DNA of 64,000 nucleotides, taken from assembly GCF_009914755.1 (NCBI RefSeq), contig NC_060933.1; one strand, given 5' to 3'. Shown here in pieces: positions 13,194 through 28,049 of the stretch. This stretch comes from the human T2T-CHM13v2.0 reference genome, Homo sapiens. The notes under the pieces are model-generated. The model was not told the DNA's origin. It saw only the letters and a program-made list of their open reading frames with translations, and did not search any database. The stretch's first letter is position 1; every line of letters starts with the position of its first letter. Both the position numbers and the translations under genes were made by a program.

Positions 13194-15309
13194 GGAATGG
13201 AATGGAATGGAATGGAATCAACCCGAGTGCAATGGAATGGAGAGGAATGGAATGGAATGGAATGGAAACTACCCAAATGGAATGGAATGTAATGGAGTGT
13301 AAGGGAATTGAATAGAATCAATCCGAAAGGAATGGAATGGAATGGAACGGAATGGAATGGAATGGAATGCAATGGAATGGAATCATCCGGAATGGAATGG
13401 AATGGAATGCAATGGAATGGAATGGAATGGAATCAACCCGAGTGCAATGGAATGGAGTGAAATGGAATGGAATGGAATGGAGACAACAAGAATGGATTGG
13501 AATATAATGGAGTGTAAGGGAATTGAATAGAATCAATCTGAATGTAATGAAATGGAATGGAACGGAATAGAATGGAATGGAATGGAATGGAATGGAATGG
13601 AATGGAATGGAATGCAATGGAATGGAATCAACCAGAGTGCAATCGAATGGAATCGAATGGAATGGAATGCAATGGAATGGAATGGAATGGAATCAACTCG
13701 ATTGCAATCGAATGGAATGGAATGGAATTAACCCGAATAGAATGGAATGGAATGGAATGGAATGGAATGGAACGGAACGGAATGGAATGGATTGGAATGG
13801 AATGGAATGGAATGGAATGGAATGGAACGGAAAGGAATGGAATGGAATGGAATGGAATGGAATGGAATGGAATGGAATGGAATGGAATGGAATCAATGCG
13901 AGTGCAGGGGAATGGAATGGAATGGAATGCAATGGAATGGAATCTTCCGGAATGGAATGGAATGGAATGGAATGGAATGGAATGGAATGGAATTAACCCG
14001 AGTGCAATGGAATGGAGTGGAATGAAATGGAATGGAATGGAACAACCCGAATGGAATGGAATGTAATGGAGAGTAAGGGAGTTGAATAGAATCAATCCGA
14101 ATGTAATGGAATGGAATGGAAGGGAATGGAATGGAATGGAATGCAATGCAATGGAATGGAATGCAATGGAATGGAATCAACCCGAGTGCAATCGAATGGA
14201 ATCGAATGGAATGGAATGCAATGGAATGGATTCAACTTGAATGGAATGGAAAGAATGGATTCAACACGAGTGGAATGGCATGGATTGGAATGGAATGGAA
14301 TGGAATCAACCCGAGTACAGGGGAATGGAATGGAATGGAATGCAATGGAATGGAATCATCCGTAATGGAATGGAAAGGAATGGAATGGAATGGAATGGAA
14401 TGGAATGGAATGGAATGGAATGGAATGAAATCAACTCGATTGCAATCGAATGGAATGGAATGGAATTAACCCGAATAGAATGGCATGGAATGGAATGGAG
14501 CGGAACGGAATGGAATGGAATGGAATGGAACGGAACGGAATGGAATGGAATGGAATGGAATGGAATGGAATGGAATCAACGCGAGTGCAGGGGAATGGAA
14601 TGGAATGGAATGCAATGGAATGGAATCTTCCGGAATGGAATGGAATGGAATAGAATGGAATGAAATGCAATGGATTCAACTCGATTGCAATGGAATGGAA
14701 TAGAATGGAATGGAATGGAATGGAATGGAATGGAATGGAATGGAATTAACCCGAATAGAATGGAATGAAATGGAATGGAACGGAATGGAACGGAATGGAA
14801 TGGAATGGAATGCAATGGAATGGTATGGAATGGAATGGAATGGTACGGAATAGAATGAAATGGAACGAATTGTAATGGAATGGAATTGAATGGAATGGAA
14901 TGGAATGGAATCAACGCGAGTGCAGGGGAATGTAATGGAATGGAATGCAATGGAATGGAATCATCCGGAATGGAATGGAATGGAATGGAATGGAATGGAA
15001 TCAACCCGAGTGCAATTGAATGGAGTGGAATGGAATGGAATGGAATGGAACAACCCGAATGGAATGGAATGTAATGGAGAGTAAGGGAGTTGAATAGAAT
15101 CAATCCGAATGTAATGGAATGGAATGCAACGGAATGGAATGGAATGTAATGGAATGGAATGCAATGGAATAGAATCAACCCGAGTACAATGGAATGGAAT
15201 GGAATGGAATGGAATACCTTCAAACCGAATGGAATGGAAAGGAATGGAATCAACACGAGTGGAATGGAATGGAATGGAATGGAATGGAATGGAATGGAAT
15301 GGAATGGAA

Positions 15310-16360
15310 TGGAATGGAATCAACACGATTGCAATCGAATGGAATGGAATGGAATTAACCCGAATAGAATGGAATGGAATGGAATGGAACGGAACGGATT
15401 GGAATAGAATGGAATTGAACGGAACGGAATGGAATGGAATGGAATGGAATGGAATGGAATGGAATCAACGTGAGTGCAGGGGAATGGAATGGAATGGAAT
15501 GCAATGGAATGGAATCTTCCGGAATGGAATGGAATGGAATGGAATGGAATGAAATGCAATGGATTCAACTCGATTGCAATGGAATGGAATAGAATGGAAT
15601 GGAATGGAATGGAATGGAATTAATCCGAATTGAATGGAATGGAATGTAATGGAAAGGAATGGAACGGAATGGAATGGAATGGAATGGTATGGAATGGAAT
15701 GGAATGGTACGGAATAGAATGGAATGGAACGAATTGTAATGGAATGGAATTGAATGGAAAGGAATGGAATGGAATCGAATCAACGAGAGTGCAGGGGAAT
15801 GTAAAGGAACGGAATGCAATGTAAAGGAATCATACGGAATGGAATGGAATGGAATGGAATGGTATGGAATCAACCCGAGTGCAATGGAATGGAGTGGAAT
15901 GGAATGGAATGCAATGGAACAACCCGAATGGAATGGAATGTAATGGAGAGTAAGGGAGTTGAATAGAATCAATCCGAATGTAATGGAATGGAATGCAACG
16001 GAATGGAATGGAATGGAATGGAATGGAATGGAATGCAATGGAATGGAATCAACTTGAGTACAATGGAATGGAATGGAATGGAATGGAATGGAATGGAATG
16101 GAATAAAATGGAATGATACGGAATAGAATGGAATGGAACGAAATGGAATGGAATGGAAGGGAATGGAATGGAATCGTTCCGAGTGCAATAGGAGGGAATG
16201 TATTCGAGTGGAATGGAAAGGAATGTAATCAACCAGAGTGGAATGGAAGGGAATGGAATGGAATGGAAACTAATAGAATGGAATCAACCCAAGTGGAATG
16301 GAATGGAAAGGACTGGAATGGAATGGAATGGAATGGAATCAACTCGATTGTAATGGAATG
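15310..16360 (+). repeat. Second copy of the 9140-10130 segment
   Basis: Same ordered rare words. It also keeps the GGAACAACCCG...GAGAGTAAGGGAGTTG module (~15915-15980) that the first copy lacks. Confidence 0.85.
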
Positions 16361-16389
16361 GAATGGAATGGAATGGAATGGAATGGAAT

Positions 16390-19300
16390 GGAATCAACCC
16401 GAGTGCAGGGGAATGGAATGGAATGGAATGCAATGGAATGGAATCATCCGGAATGGAATGGAATGGAATGGAATGGAATGGAATGGAATGGAATCAACTC
16501 GATTGCAATGGAATGGAATGGAATGGAAAGGAATGGAAGGGAATGCAATGGAATGTAATCAACACGAGTGCAGGGGAATGGAATGGAATGGAATGCAATG
16601 GAATGGAATCATCCGGAATGGAATGGAATGGAATGGAATGGAATGGAATGGTATCAACTCGATTGCAATGGAATGGAATGGAATGGAAAGGAATGGAAGG
16701 GAATGGAATGGAATGTAATCAACCCGAGTGCAGGGGAATGGAATGGAATGGAATGCAATGGACTGGAATCATCCGGAATGGAATGGAATGGAATGGAATG
16801 CAATCAACCCGATGCAATGGAATGGAGTGGAATGGAATGGAATGGAATGGAAACATCCCCAGTGGAATAGAATGGAATGGAGTGTAAAGGAATTGAATAG
16901 AATCAATCCGAATGTAATGGAATGGAATGGAATGAAATGGAATGGAATGGAATGGAATGGAATCAACCCGAGTGCAATGGAATGGATTTGAATGGGATGG
17001 AATTGAATGGAATGGATTCAACAAGAATGGAATGGAAAGGAATGGAATCAACCCGAGTGTAATGGCATGGAATGGAATGGAATGGAATGGAATGGGATGG
17101 AATGGAATGGTATGGAATAGAATGGAATGGAATGAAATGGAATGGAATGGAATTTAATGGAATGGAATGGAATGAACCTGTGTGCAATGTAATGGAATGT
17201 AATGGAATGGAATGGATTCAACTCGAATGGAATCAACACGATTGCAATGGAATGGAATGGAATGGAAAGGAATAGAATGGAATCAACCCGAGTGGAATGG
17301 AATGGAAAGGACTGGAATGGAGTGGAATGGAATAGAATGGAATTTACCCGAATAGAATGGAATGGAATGGAATGGAACGGAATGTAATGGAATGGAATGG
17401 AATGGATTCAACCCGAGTGCAGGGGAATGGAATGGAATGGAATGCAATGGAATGGAATCATCCGGAATGGAATGGAATTGAATGGAATGGAATGGAATGG
17501 AATGTAATCAACTCGATTTCAATGGAATGGAATGGAATAGAATGGAATGGAATTAACACGAATAGAACGGAATGGAATTGAATGGAATGGAATGGAACGG
17601 AAAGGAATGGAATGGAATGGAATGGAATCAACCCAAGTGCAGGGGAATTGAATGGAATGGAATTCAATGGAATGGAATCATCCGGAATGGAATGGAATGG
17701 AATGGAATGGAATGGAATGGAATGGAATCAACCCGAGTGCAATGGAATGGAGAGGAATGGAATGGAATGGAATGCAAAGTACCCGAATGGAATGGAATGT
17801 AATGGAGTGTAAGGGAATTGTATAGAATCAATCCGAAAGTAATGGAATGGAACGGAACGGAATGGAATGCAACGGAATGGAATCAACCCGACTGCAATCG
17901 AATTGAATCGAATGGAATGGAATGAAATGGAATGGATTCAACTTGAATGGAATGGAAAGAGTGGAATCAACACGAGTGGAATGGCATGGAATGGAATGGA
18001 ATGGATTGAAATCAACCCGAGTACAGGGGAATGGAATGGAATGGAATGCAATGGAATGGAATCATCTGTAATGTAATGGAAAGGAATGGAATGGAATGGA
18101 CTGGAATGGAATGGAATCAACTCGATTGCAATCGAATGGAATGGAATGGAATTAACCCGAATAGAATGGAATGGAATGGAATGGAACGGAACGGAAAGGA
18201 ACGGAATGGAATGGAATGGAAGGGAATGGAATCGAACGGAACGGAATGGAATGGAATGGAATGGAATTGAAAGGAATAAACGTCAGTGCAGGGGAATGGA
18301 ATGGAATGGAATGCAATGGAATGGAATCTTCCGGAATGGAATGGAATGGAATGGAATGGAATGGAATGCAATGGATTCAACTCGATTGCAATGGAATGGA
18401 ATAGAATGGAATGGAATGGAATGGAATGGAATGGAATTAACCCGAATAGAATGGAATGGAATGGAATGGAACGGAACGGAACGGAACGGAACGGAACGGA
18501 ATGGAATGGAATGGAATGGAATGGAATTGTATGGAATGGAATGGAATGGTACGGAATAGAATGGAATGGAAAGAATTGGAATGGAATGGAATCGAATGGA
18601 ATGGAATGGAATGGAATGGAATCAACCCGAATGCAGGGGAATGGAATGGAATGTAATGCAATGGAATGGAATCATCCGTAATAGAATGGAATGGAGTCAA
18701 CCCGAGTGCAGGGGAATGGAATGGAATGTAATGCAATGGAATGGAATCATCCGTAATGGAATGGAAAGGAATGGAATGGAATGGAATGGAATGGAATGGA
18801 ATGGAATGGAATCAACTCGATTGCAATCGAATGGAATGGAATGGAATTAACCCGAATAGAATGGAATGGAATGGAACGGAACGGAACGGAACGGAATGGA
18901 ATGGAATGGAATGGAACGGAACGGAACGGAATGGAATGGAATGGAATGGAATGGAATGGCATGGAATCAAAGCGAGTGCAGGGGAATGGAATGGAATGGA
19001 TTGCAATGGAATGGAATCAACCGGAATGGAATGGAATGGAATGGAATGGAATGGAATGGAATGGAATGGAATGGAATCGTTCCGAGTGGAATAGGAGGGA
19101 AAGTATTCGAGTGGAATGGAAAGGAATGGAATCAACCAGAGAGGAATGGAAGGGAATGGAATGGACTGGAAACTAATAGAATGGAATCAACCCGAGTGGA
19201 ATGGAATGGAAAGGAATGGAATGGAATGGAATGGAATGGAATGGAATGGAATGGAATCAACTCGATTGTAATGGAATGGAATGGAATGGAATGGAATGGA

Positions 19301-22300
19301 ATGGAATGGAATGGAATTAACCCGAATTCAATGGAATGGAATGGAATGGAACGGAATGGAGTGGAATGGAATGCAATCAACCCGAGTGCAGGGGAATGGA
19401 ACGGAATGGAATGCAATGGAATGGAATCATCCGGAAGGGAATGGAATGGAATGGAATGCAAAGCAATGGAATCAACTCGATTGCAATGGAATGGAATGGA
19501 ATGGAAAGGAATAGAATGGAATCAACCCGAGTGGAATGGAATTGAAAGGACTGGAATGGAGTGGAATGGAATGGAACGGAATGGAATGGAATCAACTCGA
19601 TTGGAATGGAGTGGAATGGAATTTGAATGGAATGGAATGGAATTAACCCGAATAGAATGGAATGGAATGGAATGGAATGGAATGGAATGGAATGGAATTA
19701 ACCCGAATAGAAAGGAATGGAATGGAATGGAAAGGAATGCAAGGGAATGGAATGGAATGTAATCAACCCGAGTGCAGGGGAATGGAATGGAATTGAATGC
19801 AATGGAATGGAATCATCTGGAATGGAATGGAATGGAATGGAATGGAATGGAATGGAATGGAATGAACCCGATGCAATGGAATGGAATGGAATGGAATGGA
19901 ATGGAATGGAAACATCCCGAATGGAATGGAATGTAATGGAGTGTAAGAGAATTGAATAGAATCAGTACGAATGTAATGGAATGGAATGTAATGAAATGGA
20001 ATGGAATGGAATGGAATGGAATCAAACCGAGTGCAATGGAATGGATTCGAATGGAATGGAATGGAATGGAAAGGAATAGAATGGAATCAACCCGAGTGGA
20101 ATGGAATGGAAAGGACTGGAATGGACTGGAATGGAATGGAATGGAATGGATTCAAATCGATTGGAATGTAATGGAATGGAATGGAATGGAATCAACTCGA
20201 TTGCAATGGAATGGAATGGAATGGAATGGAATGGAATGGAATTAACCCGAATAGAATGGAATGGAATGGAATGGAACGGAATGTAATGGAATGAAATGGA
20301 ATGGAATCAACCCGAGTGCAGGGGAATGGAATGGAATGGAATGCAATGGAATGGAATCATCCGGAATGGAATGGAATGGAATGGAATGGAATGGAATGGA
20401 ATGGAATGGAATCAACTCGATTGCAATGGAATGGAATGGAATGGAAAGGAATGGAAGGGAATGGAATGGAATGTAATCAACACGAGTGCAGGGGAATGGA
20501 ATGGAATGGAATGCAATGGAATGGAATCATCCGGAATGGAATGGAATGGAATGGAATGGAATGGAATGGAATGGAATCAACTCGATTGCAATGGAATGGA
20601 ATGGAATGGAATGGAAAGGAATGGAAGGGAATGGAATGGAATGTAATCAACCCGAGTGTAGGGGAATGGAATGGAATGGAATGCAATGGAATGGAATCAT
20701 CCGGAATGGAATGGAATGGAATGGAATGCAATCAACCCGATGCAATGGAATGGAGTGGAATGGAATGGAATGGAATGGAAACATCCCGAATGGAATGGAA
20801 TGGAATGGAGTGTAAGGGAATTGAATAGAATCAATCCGAAAGTAATGGAATGGAATGGAATGAAATGGAATGGAAAGGAATGGAATGGAATCAACCCGAG
20901 TGCAATGGAATGGATTTGAATGGAATGGAATGGAATGGAATGGATTCAACAAGAATGGAATGGAAAGGAATGGAATCAACCCGAGTGTAATGGCATGGAA
21001 TGGAATGGAATGGAATGGAATGGAATGGGATGGAATGGAATGGTAGGGAATAGAATGGAATGGAATGGAATGGAATGGAATGGAATGGAATGGAATGGAA
21101 TGAACCCGTGTGCAATATAATGGAATGGAATGGAATGGAATAGATTCAACTCGAATGGAATCAACTCGATTGCAATGGAATGGAATGGAATGGAAAGGAA
21201 TAGAATGGAATCAACCCGAGTGGAATGGAATGGAAAGGACTGGAATGGAGTGGAATGGAATGGAATGGAATTAACCCGAATAGAATGGAATGGAATGGAA
21301 TGGAACGGAATGTAATGGAATGGAATGGAATGGATTCAACCCGAGTGCAGGGGAATGGAATGGAATGGAATGCAATGAAATGGAATCATCCGGAATGGAA
21401 TGGAATGGAATGGAATGGAATGGAATGGAATGGAATCAACTCGATTTCAATGGAATGGAATGGAATAGAATGGAATGGAATTAACACGAATAGAATGGAA
21501 TGGAATTGAATGGAATGGAATGGAACGGAAAGGAATGGAATGGAATGGAATGGAATCAACCCAAGTACAGGGGAATGGAATGGAATGGAATTCAATGGAA
21601 TGGAATCATCCGGAATGTAATGGAATGGAATGGAATGGAATGGAATGGAATGGAATGGAATGGAATGGAATTGAATCAACCCGACTGCAGGGGAATGGAA
21701 TGGAACGGAATGCAATGGAATGGAATCATAAGGAATGGAATGGAATGGAAAGGAATGGAATGGAATGGTATGGAATGGAATGGAATGATATGGAATGGAA
21801 TGGAATGGTACGGAATAGAATGGAATGGAACGCATTGTAATGGAATGGAATAGAATGGAATGGAATGGAATGGAATGGAATCAACGCGAGTGCAGGGGAA
21901 TGTAATGGAACGGAATGCAATGGAATGGAATCATCCGGAATGGAATGGAATGGAATGGAATGGAATGGAATGGAATCAACCCGAGTGCAATGGAATGGAG
22001 TGGAATGGAATGGAATGGAATGGAACAACACGAATGGAATGGAATGGAATGGAATGCAATCAACCCGATGCAATGGAATGGAGTGGAATGGAATGGAATG
22101 GAATGGAAACATCCCGAATGGAATGGAATGGAATGGAGTGTAAAGGAATTGAATAGAATCAATCCGAATGTAATGGAATGGAATGGAATGAAATGGAATG
22201 GAATGGAATGGAATGGAATCAACCCGAGTGCAATGGAATGGATTCGAATGGAATGGAATGGAATGGAATGGATTCAACAAGAATGGAATGGAAAGGAATG

Positions 22301-25250
22301 GAATCAACCCGAGTGTAATGGCATGGAATGGAATGGAATGGAATGGAATGGGATGGAATGGAATGGTATGGAATAGAATGGAATGGAATGAATTGGAATG
22401 GAATGGAATGGAATGGAATCGAATGGAATGGAATGAACCCGTGTGCAAAGTAATGGAATGGAATGGAATGGAATGGATTCAACTCGAATGGAATCAACTC
22501 GATTGCAATGGAATGGAATGGAATGGAAAGGAATAGAATGGAATCAACCCGATTGGAATGGAATGGAAAGGACTGGAATGGAGTGGAATGGAATGGAATG
22601 GAATTAACCCGAATAGCATGGAATGGAATGGAATGCAACGGAATGTAATGGAATGGAATGGAATGGATTCAACCCGAGTGCAGGGGAATGGAATGGAATG
22701 GAATGCAATGGAATGGAATCATCCGGAATGGAATGGAATGGAATGGAATGGAATGGAATGGAATCAACTCGATTTCAATGGAATGGAATGGAATAGAATG
22801 TAATGGAATTAACACGAATAGAATGGAATGGAATTGAATGGAATGGAATGGAACGGAAAGGACTGGAATGGAATGGAATGGAATCAACCCAAGTGCAGGG
22901 GAATGGAATGGAATGGAATGGAATGGAATGGAAACATCCGGAATGGAATGGAATGCAATGGAATGGAATGGAATGGAATCAACCCGAGTGCAATGGAATG
23001 GAGAGGAATGGAATGGAATGGAACGAAAAATATCCGAATGGAATGGAATGTAATGGAGTGTAGGGGAATTGAATAGAATCAATCCGAATGTAATGGAATG
23101 GAACAGAATGGAATGGAATGCAATGGAATGCAATCAACCCGAGTGCAATCGAATGGATTCGAATGGAATGGAATGCAATGGAATGGATTCAACTTGAATG
23201 GAATGGAAAGAATGGAATCAACACGAGTGGAATGGCATGGAATGGAATGGAATGGAATGGAATCAACCCGAGTACAGGGGAATGGAATGGAATGGAATGC
23301 AATGGAATGGAATCATCCGTAATGTAATGGAAAGGAATGGAATGGAATGGAATGGAATGGAATGGAATGGAATCAACTCGATTGCAATCGAATGGAATGG
23401 AATGGAATTAACCCGAATAGAATGGAATGGAATGGAATGGAACGGAACGGAATGGAATGGAATGGAATGGAATGCAATGGAATGGAATGGAACGGAACGG
23501 AATGGAATGGAATGGAATGGAATGGAATGGAATTGAAAGGAATAAACGCGAGTGCAGGGGAATGGAATGGAATGGAATGCAATGGAATGGAATCTTCCGG
23601 AATGGAATGGAATGGAATGGAATGGAATGGAATGGAATGCAATGGATTCAACTCGATTGCAATGGAATGGAATAGAATGGAATGGAATGGAATGGAATGG
23701 AATTAACCTGAATAGAATGGAATGGAATGGAATGGAACGGAACGGAACGGAACGGAATGGAATGGAATGGAATGGAATGGAATTGTATGGAATGGAATCG
23801 AACGGTACGGAATAGAATGGAATGGAAAGAATTGGAATGGAATGGAATCGAATGGAATGGAATGGAATGGAATGGAATCAACCCGAGTGCAGGGGAATGT
23901 AATGAAACGGAATGCAATGGAATGGAATCATCCGGAATGGAATGTAATGGAATGGAATGGAATGGAATGGAATCAACACGAGTGCAATGGAATGGAGTGG
24001 AATGGAATGGAATGGAATGGAACAACCCGAATGGAATGGAATGTAATGGAGAGTAAGGGAGTTGAATAGAATCAATCTTAATGTAATGGAATGGAACGGA
24101 ATGGAATGGAATGGAATGCAATGGAATGGAATCAACCCGAGCACAATGGAATGGAATGGAATGGAATGGAATGGAATGGAATGGAATGGAATGGAATCAA
24201 CCCGAGTGCAATGGAATGGAGTGAAATGGAATGGAATGGAATGGAAACAACCAGAATGGATTGGAATATAATGGAGTGTAAGGGAATTGAATAGAATCAA
24301 TCTGAATGTAATGAAATGGAATGGAACGGAATGGAATGGAATGGAATGGAATGGAATGGAATGGAATGGAATGCAATGGAATGGAATCAACCCGAGTGCA
24401 ATCGAATGGAATCGAATGGAATGGAATGCAATGGAACGGATTCAACTTGAATGGAATGGAAAGAATGGAATCAAAACGAGTGGAATGGCATGGATTGGAA
24501 TGCAATGGAATGGAATCAACCCGAGTACAAGGGAATGGAATGGAATGGAATGCAATGGAATTGAATCATCCGTAATGGAATGGAATGGAATGGAATGGAA
24601 TGGAATGGAATGGAATGGAATCAACTCGATTGCAATCGAATGGAATGGAATGGAATTAACCCGATTAGAATGGAATGGAAAGGAATGGAACAGAACGGAA
24701 TGGAATGGAATGGAATGGAAACATCCCGAATGGAATGGAATGTAATGGAGTGTAAGGAAATTGAAAAGAATCAATCCGAATGTAATGGAATGGAATGGAA
24801 TGAAATGGAATGGAATGGAATGGAATGGAATCAACCCGAGTACAATGGAATGGATTCGAATGGAATGGAATGGATTCAACAAGAATGGAATGGAAAGGAA
24901 TGGAATCAACCCGAGTGTAATGGCTTGGAATGGAATGGAATGGAATGGAATGGGATGGAATGGAATGGTACGGAATAGAATGGAATGGAATGAAATGGAA
25001 TGGAATGGAATGGAATGGAATGGGATGGAATGGAATGGTACGGAATAGAATGGAATGGAATGAAATGGAATGGAATGGAATGGAATGGAATGGAATGGAA
25101 TGGAATGGAATGGAATGGAATGAACCCGTGTGCAATGCAATGGAATGGAATGGAATGGAATGGATTCAACTCGAATGGAATCAACTCGATTGCAATGGAA
25201 TGCAATGGAATGGAAAGGAATAGAAAGGAATCAACCCGAGTGCAATGGAA
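16390..25250 (+). repeat. Divergent HSat3 sub-domain with its own variant vocabulary and older internal duplications
   Basis: Words largely confined to this interval: AACCCGATGC (~16805, 19865, 20733, 22061), GGATTCAACAAG (~17015, 20942, 22270, 24872), GAACCYGTGTGC (17174, 21102, 22435, 25122), CAACTCGATTTC (17509, 21437, 22765), GGAAGGG...GTAATCAAC. Confidence 0.8.
16395..16800 (+). repeat. ~160-170-bp local tandem repeat (~2.5 copies); sister array at ~20308-20730
   Basis: The unit CAAC(C/A)CGAGTG(C/T)AGGGG...CATCCGG...CAACTCGATTGC...GGAAAGGAATGGAAGGG...GTAAT starts at 16395, 16560, 16720 and again at 20308, 20478, 20648. Confidence 0.8.
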
Positions 25251-28049
25251 TGGAGTGGAATGGAATGGAATGGAATGGAAACATCCCGAATGGAATGGAA
25301 TGTAATGGAGAGTAGGGGAGTTGAATAGAATCAACCTGAATGTAATGGAATGGAATGGAACGTAATTGAATGGAATGGAATGGAATGCAATGGAATGGAA
25401 TCAACCCGAGTACAATGGAATAGAATGGAATGGATTGGAATGGAATGGAATGGAGTGGAATGGAATGGAATGGAATGGAATCAACCCGAGTGCAATGGAA
25501 TGCAGAGGAATGGAATGGAATGGAATGGAAACTACCCGAATGGGATGGAATGTAATGAAGTGTAAGGGAATTGAATAGAATCAATCCGAAAGTAATGGAA
25601 TGGAATGGAACGGAATGGAATGGAATGGAATGGAATGGAATGGAAAGGAATGGAATGGAATGCAATGGAATGGAATCAACCCGAGTGCAATCGAATGGAA
25701 TCGAATTGAATGGAATGCAATGGAATGGATTCAACTTGAATGGAATGGAAAGAATGGAATCAACACGTGTGGAATGGCATGGATTGGAATGGAATGGAAT
25801 GGAATCAACTCGAGTACAGGAGAATGGAATGGAATGGAATGCAATGGAATGGAATCATCAGTAATGGAATGGAAAGGAATGGAAAGGACTGGAATGGAAA
25901 GGAATGGAATGGAATGGAATGGAATGGAATGAACTCGATTGCAATCGAATGGAATGGAATGGAATTAACCCGAATAGAATGGAATGGAATGGAATGGAAC
26001 GGAACGGAAAGGAATGGAATGGAATGGAATCGAACGGAACGGAACGGAACGGAACGGAACGGAATGGAATGGAATGGAATGGAATGGAATGGAATCAACG
26101 CGAGTGCAGGGGAATGGAATGGAATGGAATGCAATGGAATGGAATCTTCCGGAATGGAATGGAATGGAATGGAATGGAATGGAATGGAATGGAATGGAAT
26201 GGAATAAACCCGAGTGCAATGGAATGGAGTGGAATGGAATGGAATGGAATGGAACAACCCGAATGGAATGGAATGTAATGGAGAGTAAGGGAGTTGAATA
26301 GAATCAATCCGAATGTAATTGAATGGAATGGAACGGAATGGAGTTGAATGGAATGGAATGGAATGCAATGGAATGGAATCAACCCGAGTTCAATGGAATG
26401 GAGAGGAATGGAATGGAATGGAATGGAAACTACCCGAATGGAATGGAATGTAATGGAGTGTAAGGGAATTGAACAGAATCAATCCGAATGTAATGGAATG
26501 GAATGGAACGGAATGGAATGGAATGGAATGGAATGGAATGGAATGGAATGCAATGGAATGGAATCAACCCGAGTGCAATCGAAAGGAATCGAATGGAATG
26601 GAATGCCATGGAATGGATTCAACTTGAATGGAATGGAAAGAATGGAATCAACACGAGTGGAATGGCATGGATTGGAATGGAATGGAATGGAATCAACCCG
26701 AGTGCAGGGGAATGGAATGGAATGGAATGCAATGGAATGGAATCATCCGGAATGGAATGGAATGGAATGGAATGCAAAGCAATGGAATCAACTCGATTGC
26801 AATGGAATGGAATGGAAAGGAAAGGAATACATTGGAATCAACCCGAGTGGAATGGAATGGAAAGGACAGGAATGGAGTGGAATGGAATGGAATGGAATGG
26901 AATGGAATCAACTCGATTGGAATGGAATGGAATGGAATGGAATGGAATGGAATGGAATTAACCCGAATAGAATGGAATGGAATGGAATGGAACGGAACGG
27001 AATGGAATGGAATGGAATGGAATGGAATGAAAACAACCCGACTGCAGGGGAATGGAATGGAATGGAATGCAATGGAATGGATTCAACTTGAATGGAATGG
27101 AAAGAATGGAATCAACACGAGTGGAATGGCATGGATTGGAATGGAATGGAATGGAATCAACCCGAGTACAGGGGAATGGAATGGAATGGAATGCAATGGA
27201 ATGGAATCATCCGTAATGGAATGGAAAGGAATGGAATGGAATGGAATGGAATGGAATGGAATCAACTCGATTGCAATCGAATGGAATGGAATGGAATTAA
27301 CCCGAATAGAATGGAATGGAATGGAATGGAATGGAACGGAATGGAACGGAATGGAATGGATTGGAATGGAATGGAATGGAATGGAACGGAAAGGAATGGA
27401 ATGGAATGGAATGGAATGGAATGGAATGGATTGGAATGGAATGGAATCAACGCGAGTGCAGGGGAATGGAATGGAATGGCATGCAATGGAATGGAATCTT
27501 CCGGAATGGAATGGAATGGAATGGAATAGAATGGAATGGAATGGAATGGAATGGAATAAACCCGAGTGCAATGGAACGGAGTGGAATGGAATGGAATGGA
27601 ATGGAACAACCCGAATGGAATGGAATGGAATGGAGAGTAAGGGAGTTGAATAGAATCCATCCGAATGTAATGGAATGGAATGGAACGGAATGGAATTGAA
27701 TGGAATGGAATGGAATGCAATGGAATGGAATCAACCCGAGTTCAATGGAATGGAGAGGAATGGAATGGAATGGAATGGAAACTACCCGAATTGAATAGAA
27801 TGTAATGGAGTGTAAGGGAATTGAATAGAATCAATCCGAATGTAATGGAATGGAATGGAACGGAATGGAATGGAACGGAATGGAATGGAATGGAATGGAA
27901 TGGAATGGAATGGAATGCAATGGAATGGAATCAACCCGAGTGCAATCGAATGGAATCGAATGGAATGGAATGCAATGGAATGGATTCAACTTGAATGGAA
28001 TGGAAAGAATGGAATCAACACGAGTGGAATGGCATGGATTGGAAAGGAA

